Notes: a model not told the origin generated them from the sequence alone. A DNA stretch of 64,000 nucleotides from Candidatus Krumholzibacteriota bacterium (GCA_963806035.1 CAWDWO010000036.1:1-64000), one strand, 5' to 3'; positions 18,643 to 29,599 are shown, counted from the first letter of the stretch. A program made the numbers and translations.

Positions 18643-20325
18643 GTGAATACTCGAGCGGCTGACCTGAATGCTCCCACCCCTGGGGCGGATGTGACCCGCG
18701 CGACAAAGGAGCAAGACCTTCAGCAACTCCTGGTCGAGACCGCCCTGGAGTTCGTGGGAATGTCCGCCGAGGAAACGCCGCACGGCATCGAGTTCGTCCT
18801 GAAGAAGTTCGCGCTGGCCCTGGACTGTGACGCGGGGTTCGTCTGCCTCTATCCCCCTGACAAGCAGACGCTGGTGTTGCGCTACCTGTATCGAGGAGCG
18901 AGCGCAGCGGTACGCCAGAATTTGCAGCGCGACCTCAAGTCCAAGTGGTTTCCCTGGGGAATGCAGCTCCACAACCGCCTGAAGCCCGTCGTGGTGAACG
19001 ATACGCGCAGCATGCCCAAGGAGGCCACGATCGACCGGCGGCTCGTCGAGGCGCTGGGTCTGGTTTCCTTCGTGGCAATTCCCATGTCCGTGGAAGGCGA
19101 ACTGATCGGCTCCCTGGGGTTCGGCAGTTCACGGGCCGACCATGACTGGCGCGAGCTCGAAGTCGATGTCCTGAGCAAGCTGAGCCAGATGATCACGGGC
19201 GCGCTTCGGCAGCAGCAGGCGATCGAATCGCTGAAGGAAAGTGAGGGGCGCTACCGTACCGTCGCCTCTTATGCGGCCGAACTCGTTTTCGATGCCGATC
19301 TGGAAGCCCTGGAGGAATTGGCGGTGATGCGCAGCCGGCATCAGGTCAAGTCTCTCTACGAACGCGAGCAGGAGTCTCATGCCCGCGCTTCGCAGGAACT
19401 CGTGGGAGAGAGTCAAGCCCTTAGCGCCATCCATCATCACGTCTCGCGGGTCGCACCCACCAATTCCACCGTTCTCATCCTGGGCGAGACCGGGACGGGC
19501 AAGGAGTTGGTGGCGCGCGCGGTGCATCGCGCCAGCCTACGAGCGGACCGGATCATGGTGAAAGTCGATTGCGGCGCTCTCCCTCCGACTCTGATCGAAA
19601 GCGAATTGTTCGGACACGAAAAGGGCGCCTTTACCGGCGCGATCAAGCGCAAGCTGGGACTCTTCGAACTCGCCGACGGTGGAACCATCTTTCTCGACGA
19701 GATCGGCGACCTTCCCATCGAACTGCAGGCGAAATTGCTGCGCGTTCTTCAGGAGGGCGAGTTCGTCAGAATCGGCTCCACTGAAATGCAGCGGGTCGAC
19801 GTGCGGGTCATCGCGGCCACCAATCGGCCACTGGATGAGGCCATGCGCTCCGGGGAGTTCCGGCCCGATCTGTTCTACCGACTCAGCGTCTTCCCCATCG
19901 AGATCCCTCCTCTGCGCAATCGTCCGGAGGACATCCCGGTATTGGTGCACCATTTCCTGAAGAAGACTTCACGCAAACTCTCGCGGGAGGTCTTCAAGGT
20001 GCCACGGGAGATCATGGAGTCCTTCATCGCCTATGAATGGCCGGGAAACGTGCGCGAACTCGAGAATCTCATCGAATGCGCCGCGGTGTTTTCCTCGGGA
20101 AACACCCTCTCCCTGCCCTACGCCCTGATTTCGCGCTTGGGCTCCGCAAGCGGAAGCTCTTCGGTGGAGAGCCTTGAAGACATGGAGCGCAAGCACATCG
20201 CAGGAGTTCTTCACGCGTGCAATTGGCGCGTGAAGGGTAAGGGGAACGCGGCCGAGCGCCTGCAGCTCAACCCCAGCACTCTCTATTCACGCATGCAGAA
20301 GTTGGGATTGAAGCGGCCCCGCTGA
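18643..20325 (+). CDS. Sigma54-dependent enhancer-binding activator (GAF-AAA+-HTH, FhlA-like)
   Basis: N-terminal [41 protein letters not shown] and a C-terminal Fis-type HTH. Confidence 0.93.
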   Translation: MNTRAADLNAPTPGADVTRATKEQDLQQLLVETALEFVGMSAEETPHGIEFVLKKFALALDCDAGFVCLYPPDKQTLVLRYLYRGASAAVRQNLQRDLKSKWFPWGMQLHNRLKPVVVNDTRSMPKEATIDRRLVEALGLVSFVAIPMSVEGELIGSLGFGSSRADHDWRELEVDVLSKLSQMITGALRQQQAIESLKESEGRYRTVASYAAELVFDADLEALEELAVMRSRHQVKSLYEREQESHARASQELVGESQALSAIHHHVSRVAPTNSTVLILGETGTGKELVARAVHRASLRADRIMVKVDCGALPPTLIESELFGHEKGAFTGAIKRKLGLFELADGGTIFLDEIGDLPIELQAKLLRVLQEGEFVRIGSTEMQRVDVRVIAATNRPLDEAMRSGEFRPDLFYRLSVFPIEIPPLRNRPEDIPVLVHHFLKKTSRKLSREVFKVPREIMESFIAYEWPGNVRELENLIECAAVFSSGNTLSLPYALISRLGSASGSSSVESLEDMERKHIAGVLHACNWRVKGKGNAAERLQLNPSTLYSRMQKLGLKRPR

Positions 20326-20370
20326 GGCGAGGCTGCTGCTTCAATCTCGAGGAAAGCTCCTGCTTCAGGA

Positions 20371-21144
20371 CTAAAGCGGGACGCCGAGACGGGATTTCAG
20401 CCTTCGAAGTGCCTGTGCATGCAACTGCGAGATACGGCTCTCGCTCAAATGGAGCACCTGGCCAATTTCTCTCAGCTTCTTTCCCTCGAAATAGTGCAAG
20501 CGCAGAACGGTCTCTTCTTTGGGCGAGAGCGAGGGAAGGGCCTGTTCAATTGCCTCCCACAAGCTCTTTCGTTCCAGCTCAGCTTGACCGTCGATGGGGC
20601 GCAGATCGACCAAGTGCCGGACGGTCTGCGCTTCTTGGCCCTCGATCTCATCGCTCTGCATGAGCTCGATGAGTGCGGCGATCTCGGTGACGCGCCAGTA
20701 CTCGTCGAGCCTCATTCGCAGTTCCTCGGCCACTTCCTCCTCGCGCACGGGTCTGCCCCGTTCTTGCTCGAGGCGACGAGCGGCGCGCGTGATTTCCGAG
20801 AGAGTCTTGCGAACCGAACGCGGCACCCAGTCCATCTTGCGTAGCTCGTCCCGAATCGCGCCCTGGATCCGGATGCGCGCATAGGATTCGAAGTGAGAGT
20901 TCTTGGCGGGATCGTATTTCGCGGCGGCATCCAGCAGGCCCAGCCAGGCCGCGCTCATCAGGTCGGCAATTTCTATTTTGGCCGGGAGACACCAGGCGAT
21001 CTTGCGCACCACTCGCCCCACGAGGGAAGAGTACTCGTCCACGAGCGCCTCGCGCCAATCCGCGACGGATTCACCGCGCGCAGCCGCCCGCTCGGGCAAG
21101 TCGGGCCGAGTCGCCCGCTGGGATTCTTTCGTCAGGACTGCCAA
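20371..21144 (-). CDS. FliA/WhiG family RNA polymerase sigma factor
   Basis: FESYARIRIQGAIRDELRKMDWVPRSVR and LSESRISQLHAQAL. Confidence 0.9.
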   Translation of the reverse strand: MAVLTKESQRATRPDLPERAAARGESVADWREALVDEYSSLVGRVVRKIAWCLPAKIEIADLMSAAWLGLLDAAAKYDPAKNSHFESYARIRIQGAIRDELRKMDWVPRSVRKTLSEITRAARRLEQERGRPVREEEVAEELRMRLDEYWRVTEIAALIELMQSDEIEGQEAQTVRHLVDLRPIDGQAELERKSLWEAIEQALPSLSPKEETVLRLHYFEGKKLREIGQVLHLSESRISQLHAQALRRLKSRLGVPL

Positions 21145-21192
21145 GGCTCTTGCTCACATCCCTCTGGCCAGGGAAAACCACGAGCAAGAACA

Positions 21193-21208
21193 AGCAATCC
21201 CGGTGCCA
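21193..21208 (-). promoter_or_regulatory. Sigma54 promoter upstream of the FliA/WhiG sigma gene
   Basis: TGGCACCGGGATTGCT, matching the TGGCAC-N5-TTGCW consensus, about 50 bp above the start. Confidence 0.8.
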
Positions 21209-21300
21209 CACGGGGAAGGATGCCAATCGGTGAATACGGACGGAATCACGCGAAGCGGGCCGCATTTGTCCCGGATCCATGACCGAAAGAGTAGAGGAGA

Positions 21301-22341
21301 TCAGAGCAGTGTGGAGCCCTCGAAACCTTCCCAGTGATGCGAGCGCAGCGCGCGCACGACCTGCTCGGCGACGTCCACCGCTGCCCGTCCCGCCTCTGCG
21401 TCGACCTGGGGTTTCTCGTTCTTTCGCACACAGTTCAGGAAATGTCGAAGCTCGGCTTTGAGCGGTTCCTCTTCTTCCATCGCCAGAGGCTGCATCTTCA
21501 CCAGAGACATGTAGTCGAGACTGGAGAGATCCTCTCCGTGCCGAAGCTTCTCACGCACCGATTGCAGCGCTTCCCGGTTCTCCACCATGGACATCAAGAG
21601 ACCGGTACGCTTCGCGAAGTCCATGGTGAGATAGACGGATTCGCTGAAGACGCGTAGTTTGCGCTCAGTCTTGAGCGCGAGCCGCGAGACCGTCAAATTG
21701 GCCACACAGCCATCTTCGAAAATCAACCGTGCGTTGGCGACGTCCTCCCGCTCGGTGATGACCCCCACCCCTACCGCGCGGACTTCCCTGAGGGGCGAGG
21801 GACACATCATCAGCACGATGTCCAGATCGTGGATCATCAAATCGAAAACGACGCCCACATCCACCGAACGGAAGCTCATGGGCGCCACCCGATCGATCTC
21901 GATGAAGCGCGGGCGAAGATTCAACTCGGATACGGCGCGAACGGCGGGATTGAAACGCTCGGTGTGCCCGACCTGACAGACCACCGCATTGTCGGCCGCC
22001 AGGCGCGCGATGGTGGCGGCTTCGCTCGAGGATGCGGCCAGGGGTTTCTCGATGAGACAGGCGATCTTGCGCGGAAGGAGTTGCGCCGCGGCCTCACCAT
22101 GGTGAACCGTGGGCGTGACGACGCTCACCGCCTCGATCGGATCCCCGGAATCGAGCAGCTCCTCGAGACTCTGGTAGGCAGCGCACTCGAAATCCTTCGC
22201 CACCGCATGCGCGCGTTCCCGGTCGCTGTCCACGACCGCCACCAGGCGGGCATCGCTCAGCTCATGGTAGATCCTGGCGTGGTGACGGCCCATTCGTCCC
22301 GTACCGACCACCGCGACCGCAAGGGCTTCGCTCTTGGACAT
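21301..22341 (-). CDS. Gfo/Idh/MocA family oxidoreductase (GnnA-like)
   Basis: VVGTGRMG, LIEKP, GHTERFNPA, VVFDLMIHDLD. Confidence 0.88.
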   Translation of the reverse strand: MSKSEALAVAVVGTGRMGRHHARIYHELSDARLVAVVDSDRERAHAVAKDFECAAYQSLEELLDSGDPIEAVSVVTPTVHHGEAAAQLLPRKIACLIEKPLAASSSEAATIARLAADNAVVCQVGHTERFNPAVRAVSELNLRPRFIEIDRVAPMSFRSVDVGVVFDLMIHDLDIVLMMCPSPLREVRAVGVGVITEREDVANARLIFEDGCVANLTVSRLALKTERKLRVFSESVYLTMDFAKRTGLLMSMVENREALQSVREKLRHGEDLSSLDYMSLVKMQPLAMEEEEPLKAELRHFLNCVRKNEKPQVDAEAGRAAVDVAEQVVRALRSHHWEGFEGSTLL

Positions 22342-22422
22342 GAGATCACACTCCGGGGGAACGCTGCAAAGAGACTGGCACGGCGCCCCTCCTGACGCAA
22401 TGCTTTCCCCCGCTGCTGCATT

Positions 22423-23349
22423 TCAGCCTCGCGGCTTCTCCTGACGCAGCTCCTCCAGCGCGGCTTGAAAGTCGGCGGGAAGTCCGCTCTCGACCAGGAT
22501 TTCGTCCAGGTGAAGTAGACTCGCGTGGAGAAGGTGCCGTGAGAAACGCCCACGGGAGCCTCCGTAGGTGTCATCCCCCAGAAGGGGGTGGCCGAGGTGA
22601 GCCAGGGAAACGCGAATCTGGTGCAGGAAGCCGCTGACCGGCCGCGCTTCGACGAGCGTGGCCGAGTTGAAGATTTCCAGTGGTTTCAGGTAGGTCAAGC
22701 AGCGCCGGCTGCCGCTCAACTTCGTTCCTTCAGGCACCACCTCCACGCGGGCCGGGCGGTGCCTTGCCACCCGCAAATCCAGTCGCGCCTTGGTCGGCCG
22801 TTCGAAGCGCCCTTCGACCACGGCCTGGTACACTTTCTCCGTGCGATGCGCGCTGAACGCGGCGCGCAAGTGCTTCCAGTTGCGTTCTTCGGTGGCAAAG
22901 AGGAGCACGCCCGAAGTATCCACATCCAATCGATGCACGACTCCACTGCGCAGCCCTCCCTCACCCACGCCGTAGATCTTGGGAAAGCGTGAAGCCACGA
23001 AGTTCAGGGCGGTCGCGTTCTCGTCCTCCTTTAGGGGATGCACCGGCATGCCTGCCGGCTTGTCCACTGCGATCCAACCGCTTCCCTCGGCCAGGATTTC
23101 CAGTTCCTCGCCCACGTAGGGCAGAATTTCCTCCGAGCCGGGGGGCTGGAAGGCCGCCACTTCCACGCTCCATCCATCCTTCAGCGCCAGACCCTTGGAG
23201 GCGCGCTTTCCTTCCACGCGCACGTTCTGCTCCTCGAGCAGACGCTGCGCGGCGCGGCGCGAGATTCCCAGGTGGCGGGTAAGAAACAGATCGAGACGAA
23301 GTCCATCGTCGGCCTTCAGCACGCGGAAAATCTGTGAACTCTGAGACAT
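22423..23349 (-). CDS. RluA/RluD family pseudouridine synthase with S4 domain
   Basis: RLDLFL (S4), VDKPAGMPVHP, VHRLDVDTSG, HQIRV, GHPLLGD. Confidence 0.9.
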   Translation of the reverse strand: MSQSSQIFRVLKADDGLRLDLFLTRHLGISRRAAQRLLEEQNVRVEGKRASKGLALKDGWSVEVAAFQPPGSEEILPYVGEELEILAEGSGWIAVDKPAGMPVHPLKEDENATALNFVASRFPKIYGVGEGGLRSGVVHRLDVDTSGVLLFATEERNWKHLRAAFSAHRTEKVYQAVVEGRFERPTKARLDLRVARHRPARVEVVPEGTKLSGSRRCLTYLKPLEIFNSATLVEARPVSGFLHQIRVSLAHLGHPLLGDDTYGGSRGRFSRHLLHASLLHLDEILVESGLPADFQAALEELRQEKPRG

Positions 23350-23472
23350 CGCGGCACCGTCCTCGCGTCGCGGCATGACAAACCCGTCAACTGGTCCAAG
23401 GAGCCCGGAAGCGCTCCACACTCCTTCGGCTTCCACCGGAAGTGTAGCGCATGCTCCGTCTTAGGGCACTGT

Positions 23473-24138
23473 CTAGAGAGAAAGCGAGCGCGGGGAGGCT
23501 GTCTGCAGAAAGGAGACCAGCGCGAGAACCAGCGATTCCAGAAGTTCCTCGTCGCTCATGGACTTCAGATCGGCGCGCCGCGTTTCGGGAAAGACCACTA
23601 GCTCGCTCAGGGCAGCCAGGGTGAACGAGAGTCCGATCTGCACCGCCCGCAGGCGATCGGGGCGCTCGGCGAGTTCGGGGCTCTCGCTCAGCCACTTGTC
23701 CAGAAGTTGCATCGGCTTCTCGAAGTCGTCTCCCTCGGCCCCCTTGTACCAGCCACCGTGCCCGCTGAAGGTGCGCAGAGCCCGCGCGCGGGCGAAGCCC
23801 AGCTCCTTGCGGTGCATTTTCAGCACGGCCGAGAAGAAGATCCGGGCCCGCTCCGACAGGGAGACGCCGCCCCAATCGCGCTCCTGGATGCGCCTGACCA
23901 CCATCGAGATTCGATGCTCGGCCTCTCTTTCGATGAGAGCGTCGAAGAGCTCGTCCTTGTCCTTGAAATAGTAGTGGAAAGAGCCGGTGGAGGTACCCGC
24001 CCTGCGCGTCAAATCGACGATCCTGATGTCATCGAAGTTGTGCCGCTCCATCAGGGCAAGTGCGGCGTCCAGCAGTTTTTGGCGCGTCTTCTGGCCGTGG
24101 GGGCTGCGCTGGCGTTGGGGAAGGGATTGCCCTGACAT
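23473..24138 (-). CDS. TetR/AcrR family transcriptional regulator
   Basis: TRQKLLDAA...AGTSTGSFHYYFKDKDELF HTH. Confidence 0.88.
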   Translation of the reverse strand: MSGQSLPQRQRSPHGQKTRQKLLDAALALMERHNFDDIRIVDLTRRAGTSTGSFHYYFKDKDELFDALIEREAEHRISMVVRRIQERDWGGVSLSERARIFFSAVLKMHRKELGFARARALRTFSGHGGWYKGAEGDDFEKPMQLLDKWLSESPELAERPDRLRAVQIGLSFTLAALSELVVFPETRRADLKSMSDEELLESLVLALVSFLQTASPRSLSL

Positions 24139-24307
24139 GAACCGATGGGGATTGAGGGTGAATCACGCTGCTCCCACGTTGGTCGCACTCGCGCTGAGGT
24201 CAAGGCGAAACCGCGCCAGGCTTGTGGAGAATGGCGGGGAGGACTAGCATGGAGTGCCACTTTGCTTGGCACCTCCCTCAGCAATCGAGTTTCACAAGGA
24301 GGATCTC

Positions 24308-26179
24308 GTGAGACGCAGCAGTTTGATCATTCTCTGTCTGATCCTGGCCTTGACGAGCTTCTCGGCCCAATCCGCCGTGGCCGAGAAAATCCCCGTGAAG
24401 AGCCTGACCGATCTCCCCGTCCGTTCCTATCCGGTGGATGGGTCCGTCAGCGAGATGCTCGCTTCCGATGAGGCCATGACCGCCCTCGGTGACGCAGTTC
24501 GTAAGGACATCGAGTCCATTCTGGACAAGTACGACGTGCAGGATCCGGCGATGCTGAAAGGTTACTACGGAATCCTGATGACCCTGGATCTTCTGGCCCA
24601 GCACGACGAGCAGGCGCTCTCGTACATCGACAAGATCAAGAATCTGGAGAACAAGGCCTCCGCGAAGCTTCTCACCGGGATGACCGCGCGGGCTCTCGTG
24701 GCCGCGCGCAAAGCGGGCGAGGAAGGCTCGCCGGCCTACAAGAACGCCTTTCAAGCGCAGCTCACGCAAGAGCTGCAGGCCCTCCCCTGGGACGTGGTGC
24801 AAGACGACGTTCAACAACAGCGGGGCATGGCGGAGATCCTCTCGGAAAACGTGATCAAGGGCATGGTGCAGTCCCAGATGGATCCCGTCGTCGCAAATTC
24901 ACACGAGCTGAGCGGCGAGATGGCCGACCGGGTGATCGGTCTGTACTTCGCTCTGAAGGACATCCTTCCGCTGAAGGATGAGAGGCTTGCCGCCCTCTCC
25001 GCGATCGTCGACGCCCACAAGGAGGCCAAAAAGGACATTTGGCCCGCGCGGGAACTGACCCTCGCACCGGGTAAGAGCTACACACCGGTCGTGGTGGGCA
25101 TCTGGGACTCGGGTGTCGACACGAGTGTCTACCCGAAATCCCTCTGGACGAACCCGAACGAGAAACTCGACGGCAAGGACGACGACGGCAACGGTTTCGT
25201 GGACGATCTGCACGGTATCGCCTACGACCTCCAGGGCAATTACAGTCCCGACCTTCTCCACCCCGAGGGAGATCAGCAAGGCAAGGTCGCGGACGCCATG
25301 CACTACATGAAGGGGATCATGGATCTCCAGGCCGCCATCCAGAGCGACGCGGCCAGCGAGGTGCGCCAGCATCTTTCCACCATGCCGGCCAATCAGGTGA
25401 AGGATTTCATGACCTCGCTGGGATTCGTCGGCCTGTACGCGCACGGCACTCACGTCGCGGGCATCGCCACCAGAGGCAATCCTTACGCGAAGATTCTCAT
25501 TTCGCGCATCACCTTCGATTATCACTCCCTCCCCGCCGCGATCACCAAGGAGATCGCCCAGCGGCATGCGGCCTCTTATGCGGCTTCGGCCAAGTACTTC
25601 AAGGCCGCCAAGGTCAGGGTGGTCAACATGAGCTGGGGCTGGACCTTCCGCGAGGTCGAGTCGAGTCTCGAGGCGAATGGCATCGGAAAGACGGCTGAGG
25701 AGCGCAAGGCGATGGCCGAGGAGAACTTCGATATCCTCGACGAGGGCCTCAAGAACGCCATCGAGAGCTGTCCGAACATCCTCTTCGTGGTGGCCGCAGG
25801 GAATGACGACTCGGACGTCAGCTTCCACCGCACCATCCCCTCTTCCTACGAGATGCCCAACGTGCTGGTCGTGGGAGCCGTCGATCAGGAGGGCAAGCGC
25901 ACGAATTTCACCAGCATGGGTGATAACGTGGTGGTGTATTCCAACGGTTTCGAGGTGGAAAGTTACGTGCCCGGCGGAGAGAGGATGGCCCTGTCGGGAA
26001 CCTCGATGGCCTCTCCGAACGTGATGAATCTCGCGGCGAAACTGGTGGCCATGAAGCCGGATCTCACTCCACCGGAAATCATCGCGCTGATCGAGAAGGG
26101 CGCCGATCAACTGCCGGATCAGCCCAAGCTGAAACTCATCAACCCCAAGGCGACGGCGGCTCTGCTGGCGGAGCAATAG
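24308..26179 (+). CDS. Secreted S8 (subtilase) serine peptidase with a long helical N-terminal region
   Basis: AAGGAGG RBS and signal peptide; triad motifs IWDSGVD, HGTHVAG, AAGN, GTSMASP. Confidence 0.92.
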   Translation: MRRSSLIILCLILALTSFSAQSAVAEKIPVKSLTDLPVRSYPVDGSVSEMLASDEAMTALGDAVRKDIESILDKYDVQDPAMLKGYYGILMTLDLLAQHDEQALSYIDKIKNLENKASAKLLTGMTARALVAARKAGEEGSPAYKNAFQAQLTQELQALPWDVVQDDVQQQRGMAEILSENVIKGMVQSQMDPVVANSHELSGEMADRVIGLYFALKDILPLKDERLAALSAIVDAHKEAKKDIWPARELTLAPGKSYTPVVVGIWDSGVDTSVYPKSLWTNPNEKLDGKDDDGNGFVDDLHGIAYDLQGNYSPDLLHPEGDQQGKVADAMHYMKGIMDLQAAIQSDAASEVRQHLSTMPANQVKDFMTSLGFVGLYAHGTHVAGIATRGNPYAKILISRITFDYHSLPAAITKEIAQRHAASYAASAKYFKAAKVRVVNMSWGWTFREVESSLEANGIGKTAEERKAMAEENFDILDEGLKNAIESCPNILFVVAAGNDDSDVSFHRTIPSSYEMPNVLVVGAVDQEGKRTNFTSMGDNVVVYSNGFEVESYVPGGERMALSGTSMASPNVMNLAAKLVAMKPDLTPPEIIALIEKGADQLPDQPKLKLINPKATAALLAEQ

Positions 26180-26359
26180 ACTGATCGAGTCCAAGCGGGA
26201 GGTTGGGCCCTGCGGTCCACCCTCCCCCCTCGTCCCGGGGATTGACCGTGGCGGGGCAGGAATGGTCTACTTCTGGGCGCTGTTTGGGAGACTCCCCCGG
26301 AAGCTTCCACTACTCTCCCCGGTCCTGCGACGCAGGGCGGAAGATGGAGCAAAGGACGG

Positions 26360-27040
26360 ATGATGCGACGCGTACTTGCAGCTGTGACCCTAGGAATTCT
26401 CGTGTTGAGCGCGAAGGTAGTGCTCGCCGCCGAGCTGCGCCAAGGCGCGACGATTCTCACCATGGACGGAAGCTTCGTGAGCATGGTGACGGATCCGGCT
26501 GCGCAGACCAGCTACGGCAGCGGAGGCGTCTTCAGCTATGAGAAGCTCAGCTCCAATGCGAATTGGACCGCCGGGTTTCGCTTTCACTACTTCAAAGTCG
26601 AAGAGGATTACAAGGGACCCGAGGAGCAGGACGTACACGGGCAGTACAACGACATTCTGCTGCAGCTCAAGGGCCGCTACTTTCTCGAGCTGCACCCCCG
26701 GCTCAAGGGTTATGCGGGCGTGGCCATGGGCTTCAAGTTCACGACCTTCACCATCACGACCGACGGCTCACCCTTCGAGGACAACGAGAGCAACTTCAGC
26801 CTGTCCTTACCGGTTGGCGTTGATGCCTACCTCACGGACAAGATCTTCATCAACCTGGACTACACCTTCAATTTCCTCGCCACCACCAGCTATCTGCGGC
26901 ACGACATCGTCAACAGCTTCCAGGCCGGGATAGGCTTTCAGTTCGGTGGAAGGCAAGCCGCCCAAGGAGAAAGCGCCCAAGCAGACGGGCGCGGGCGACA
27001 TGGAAGAAGAAGCGCCCACCGACGAGGGCGGCGGGCGCTG
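26360..27040 (+). CDS. Outer-membrane beta-barrel protein; probable indel near 26950
   Basis: Signal peptide and alternating beta strands ending in AGIGFQFG. Removing one base gives a tail ending at TGA near 27040, instead of an overlap with the next gene. Confidence 0.7.
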
Positions 27041-27066
27041 ACGAGAACCGACTCGGTCCGGCCCGT

Positions 27067-28245
27067 TCAGCCGGCGTTCTTCTCGGCTAGCTCCCGGAAG
27101 CGCTGGAGCTGCTTGGTGTAGTAGTCGTTCTGAGGGTCGTTCTGTTTGGCCTGCTCGGCGAGGCTCACCGCGTCGTCGCAATTTCCCAACGCATTGCAAA
27201 GTTCGGCGGCCGTGTCCAAGATCGCGGCGCGCTGCGGGCCCTCCTGGGCCAACTCGGAGCCCTTGCGCGCGAGCTGCTCGGCGCGTTCGAGGTCGACCTT
27301 GTTCTCGAAGCACCACCAGGCGTACTGGTTGAGCCGATCGGGGTCCTTGAGCCATCCCTCGGGCATGGAGTCGTATTTCAGATTCGCCGCCTTCGTGAGG
27401 TCTTTCTCCACGTAGAGCGCGTAATCGATGGCGATGTAATCCCGCATGCTCTGGGCCTCGGGCGAGTTGTCGTCTTTCACGAGCTTCCACGCATCCTCGA
27501 CGTAACGGTGGCGGAGCGCCGGATCTCCGGTCGCGCTAGCCAGCCCCTGCTGGGTCTGGTAGACCATCATCTTGTCGTCGAATTTGCCCCCCGCCATGAC
27601 CGCATCGGCGGCATCGACCACTTCGTCCTTGGTGAAGAGCCCGGCCCTGAGGCCATAGTACTTGGCCATGTAGATCTCGCCCTCGTAGCCACCGCCCTGC
27701 AGCTTCGCGGCCTTCTCGTACCAGGTGGCCGCCTTGCGCATGTCGCTCGCCGCGAGCGCGGCATCGGCGACCGCCACCGCATCCTCGACCTTGGGCGAGT
27801 TCTCGAATCGCATCTCCTTGTCCACCAGAGTGGTCGGATCGGAAAGCCCCTTGTTCATGTTCTGCAAGAAGCCGTCGGCATCGCCGTAACCCACCCAGCG
27901 GTACACCGGATTTCCCTCGGCATTCGCCAAGAGGAAGTTGGGATAGGAGCGCACCCCGTAGCGTTCGGCCAGCTTGACGCCGTCGCCCTTCTCCGCATCG
28001 ATGCTGAAGAATACGACCGAGTCCAAACCCTTCTTCAATTCGGGAACGGTGGAGGCATCCGCTTTGAAGTGTTTACAGGGACCACACCAGTCGGCGTAGA
28101 AATCGACGAGTACCAGTTTTCCCTGCGTTTTGGCCATAGTGAGCGCTTCGTCGAAACTGGAGGCTTCTTTCGCCTGCGCGCTGAAGCTGCTCAACAGCGT
28201 CAGTGCGACCAGCAGCAACGCAACGCGTGCATTTCTGAGGAACAT
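27067..28245 (-). CDS. Exported thioredoxin-domain protein with TPR-like C-terminus
   Basis: Signal peptide, VDFYADWCGPCK, SYP, and C-terminal LNQYAW...ILDTAAE TPR-like helices. Confidence 0.85.
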   Translation of the reverse strand: MFLRNARVALLLVALTLLSSFSAQAKEASSFDEALTMAKTQGKLVLVDFYADWCGPCKHFKADASTVPELKKGLDSVVFFSIDAEKGDGVKLAERYGVRSYPNFLLANAEGNPVYRWVGYGDADGFLQNMNKGLSDPTTLVDKEMRFENSPKVEDAVAVADAALAASDMRKAATWYEKAAKLQGGGYEGEIYMAKYYGLRAGLFTKDEVVDAADAVMAGGKFDDKMMVYQTQQGLASATGDPALRHRYVEDAWKLVKDDNSPEAQSMRDYIAIDYALYVEKDLTKAANLKYDSMPEGWLKDPDRLNQYAWWCFENKVDLERAEQLARKGSELAQEGPQRAAILDTAAELCNALGNCDDAVSLAEQAKQNDPQNDYYTKQLQRFRELAEKNAG

Positions 28246-28354
28246 CCTGAGAGTCCTTTCTGTGAGATTCTCATGGGGTTGAACAAACGATAGTTCGCAG
28301 CCTGCGAGAAAACCAGGCGCGGACCCGCCGTTCCCATCGTCCTTACGGGTCCAC

Positions 28355-29560
28355 TCAATCGATCGTGACCATTTCGGCCAGATATGCCCGGATGATGCGC
28401 GCCATTCGCTCCACTCCGATCCGGATTCTCTCCGGCGAAGAAACAGAGTAATTGACCCGCATCGTGTTCTCATGCCCTCCATTGGGGTAGAAGGACGAAC
28501 CCGGCACAAACGCCACCTTTTCCTTCAGACAGCGCTCCAGCACCACGCGGGCCTCGGCCCCCTCGGGCAATTCGACCCACAGGAACATCCCTCCCTGGGG
28601 CCGGGTGTACTTCACCCCTTCGGGCATCAACTCGTCCATGGCCTTCAGCATCACGTCGTGGCGTTCCCGGTAGAGTTCGCGAATGCCGCGAATGTTCTCG
28701 TCCAGGTCGTGGTCCTTCATGTACTGGAGGATGTCCAATTGCGCGATCGTGGAGGTGTGCAGATCCACCCCCTGCTTGACCAATTCGTACTTCCTTCTGA
28801 GTTCCGGAGTGGCCGCCAGCCAGGCAACCCGCAGACCCGGACAGAAGATCTTCGAGAAGGTGCCCAGGTGGATGACCATTCCCTCTTTGTCCAGGGACTT
28901 GATCGAGGGAATGTCCTCACCCTCGAAGCGCAGTTCGCCGTAGGGACTGTCCTCGAGTACCGGCACCTTGAATCGATTCGCGAGCTCGATCAGTTTTTGG
29001 CGCCGCTGCAGCGACCAGGTACGCCCCGAGGGGTTCTGGAAGTCGGGAATGACGTAGATCATCCTCACGCGATCCTCGCTGCTCAGGACCTTCTCGAGCT
29101 CCTCCATGTCCATGCCCTGCTCGTCGGTGCTGATTTCGATGAAGCGCGGTGCATAGGGTACGAAGGCCTGGATGGCGCCCAGATAGGTCGGGGATTCGCA
29201 GAGGACCACGTCACCCTCGTCCAGGAGGATCTTGGCCGACATGTCCAGCCCCTGTTGCGATCCGCTGGTGATGAGAATCTCCTCCGGCGTGACATTGGTG
29301 CCACGGAGAGAGTTCATGCGCTTGGCGATCATCGCACGCAGGTCCTTGTCCCCGTCGGTGGGGGAATACTGGAGGGCCCGTTGACCCTGTTCGGTGAGAA
29401 CGGTGTCCGCGGCCTTTTGGAAGTCCTCGACGGGAAAAGTCTCCGGAGCGGGTAGCCCTCCCGCAAAAGAGATCATCTCGGGATGCTGGGTGAGTTTCAG
29501 CAGCTCGCGGATTTCCGAAGCCTTGATCTTCTCCATCCGCTTCGCGAGTTTGATGTTCAT
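28355..29560 (-). CDS. PLP-dependent class I aminotransferase (LysN / 2-aminoadipate transaminase-like)
   Basis: ISFAGGLP, FQNPSG, EDSPYGEL, GTFSKIFCPGLR. Confidence 0.9.
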   Translation of the reverse strand: MNIKLAKRMEKIKASEIRELLKLTQHPEMISFAGGLPAPETFPVEDFQKAADTVLTEQGQRALQYSPTDGDKDLRAMIAKRMNSLRGTNVTPEEILITSGSQQGLDMSAKILLDEGDVVLCESPTYLGAIQAFVPYAPRFIEISTDEQGMDMEELEKVLSSEDRVRMIYVIPDFQNPSGRTWSLQRRQKLIELANRFKVPVLEDSPYGELRFEGEDIPSIKSLDKEGMVIHLGTFSKIFCPGLRVAWLAATPELRRKYELVKQGVDLHTSTIAQLDILQYMKDHDLDENIRGIRELYRERHDVMLKAMDELMPEGVKYTRPQGGMFLWVELPEGAEARVVLERCLKEKVAFVPGSSFYPNGGHENTMRVNYSVSSPERIRIGVERMARIIRAYLAEMVTID

Positions 29561-29599
29561 GCTTGACCACCTGAGCTAGGGGAGACGCCCGAGAACCGG

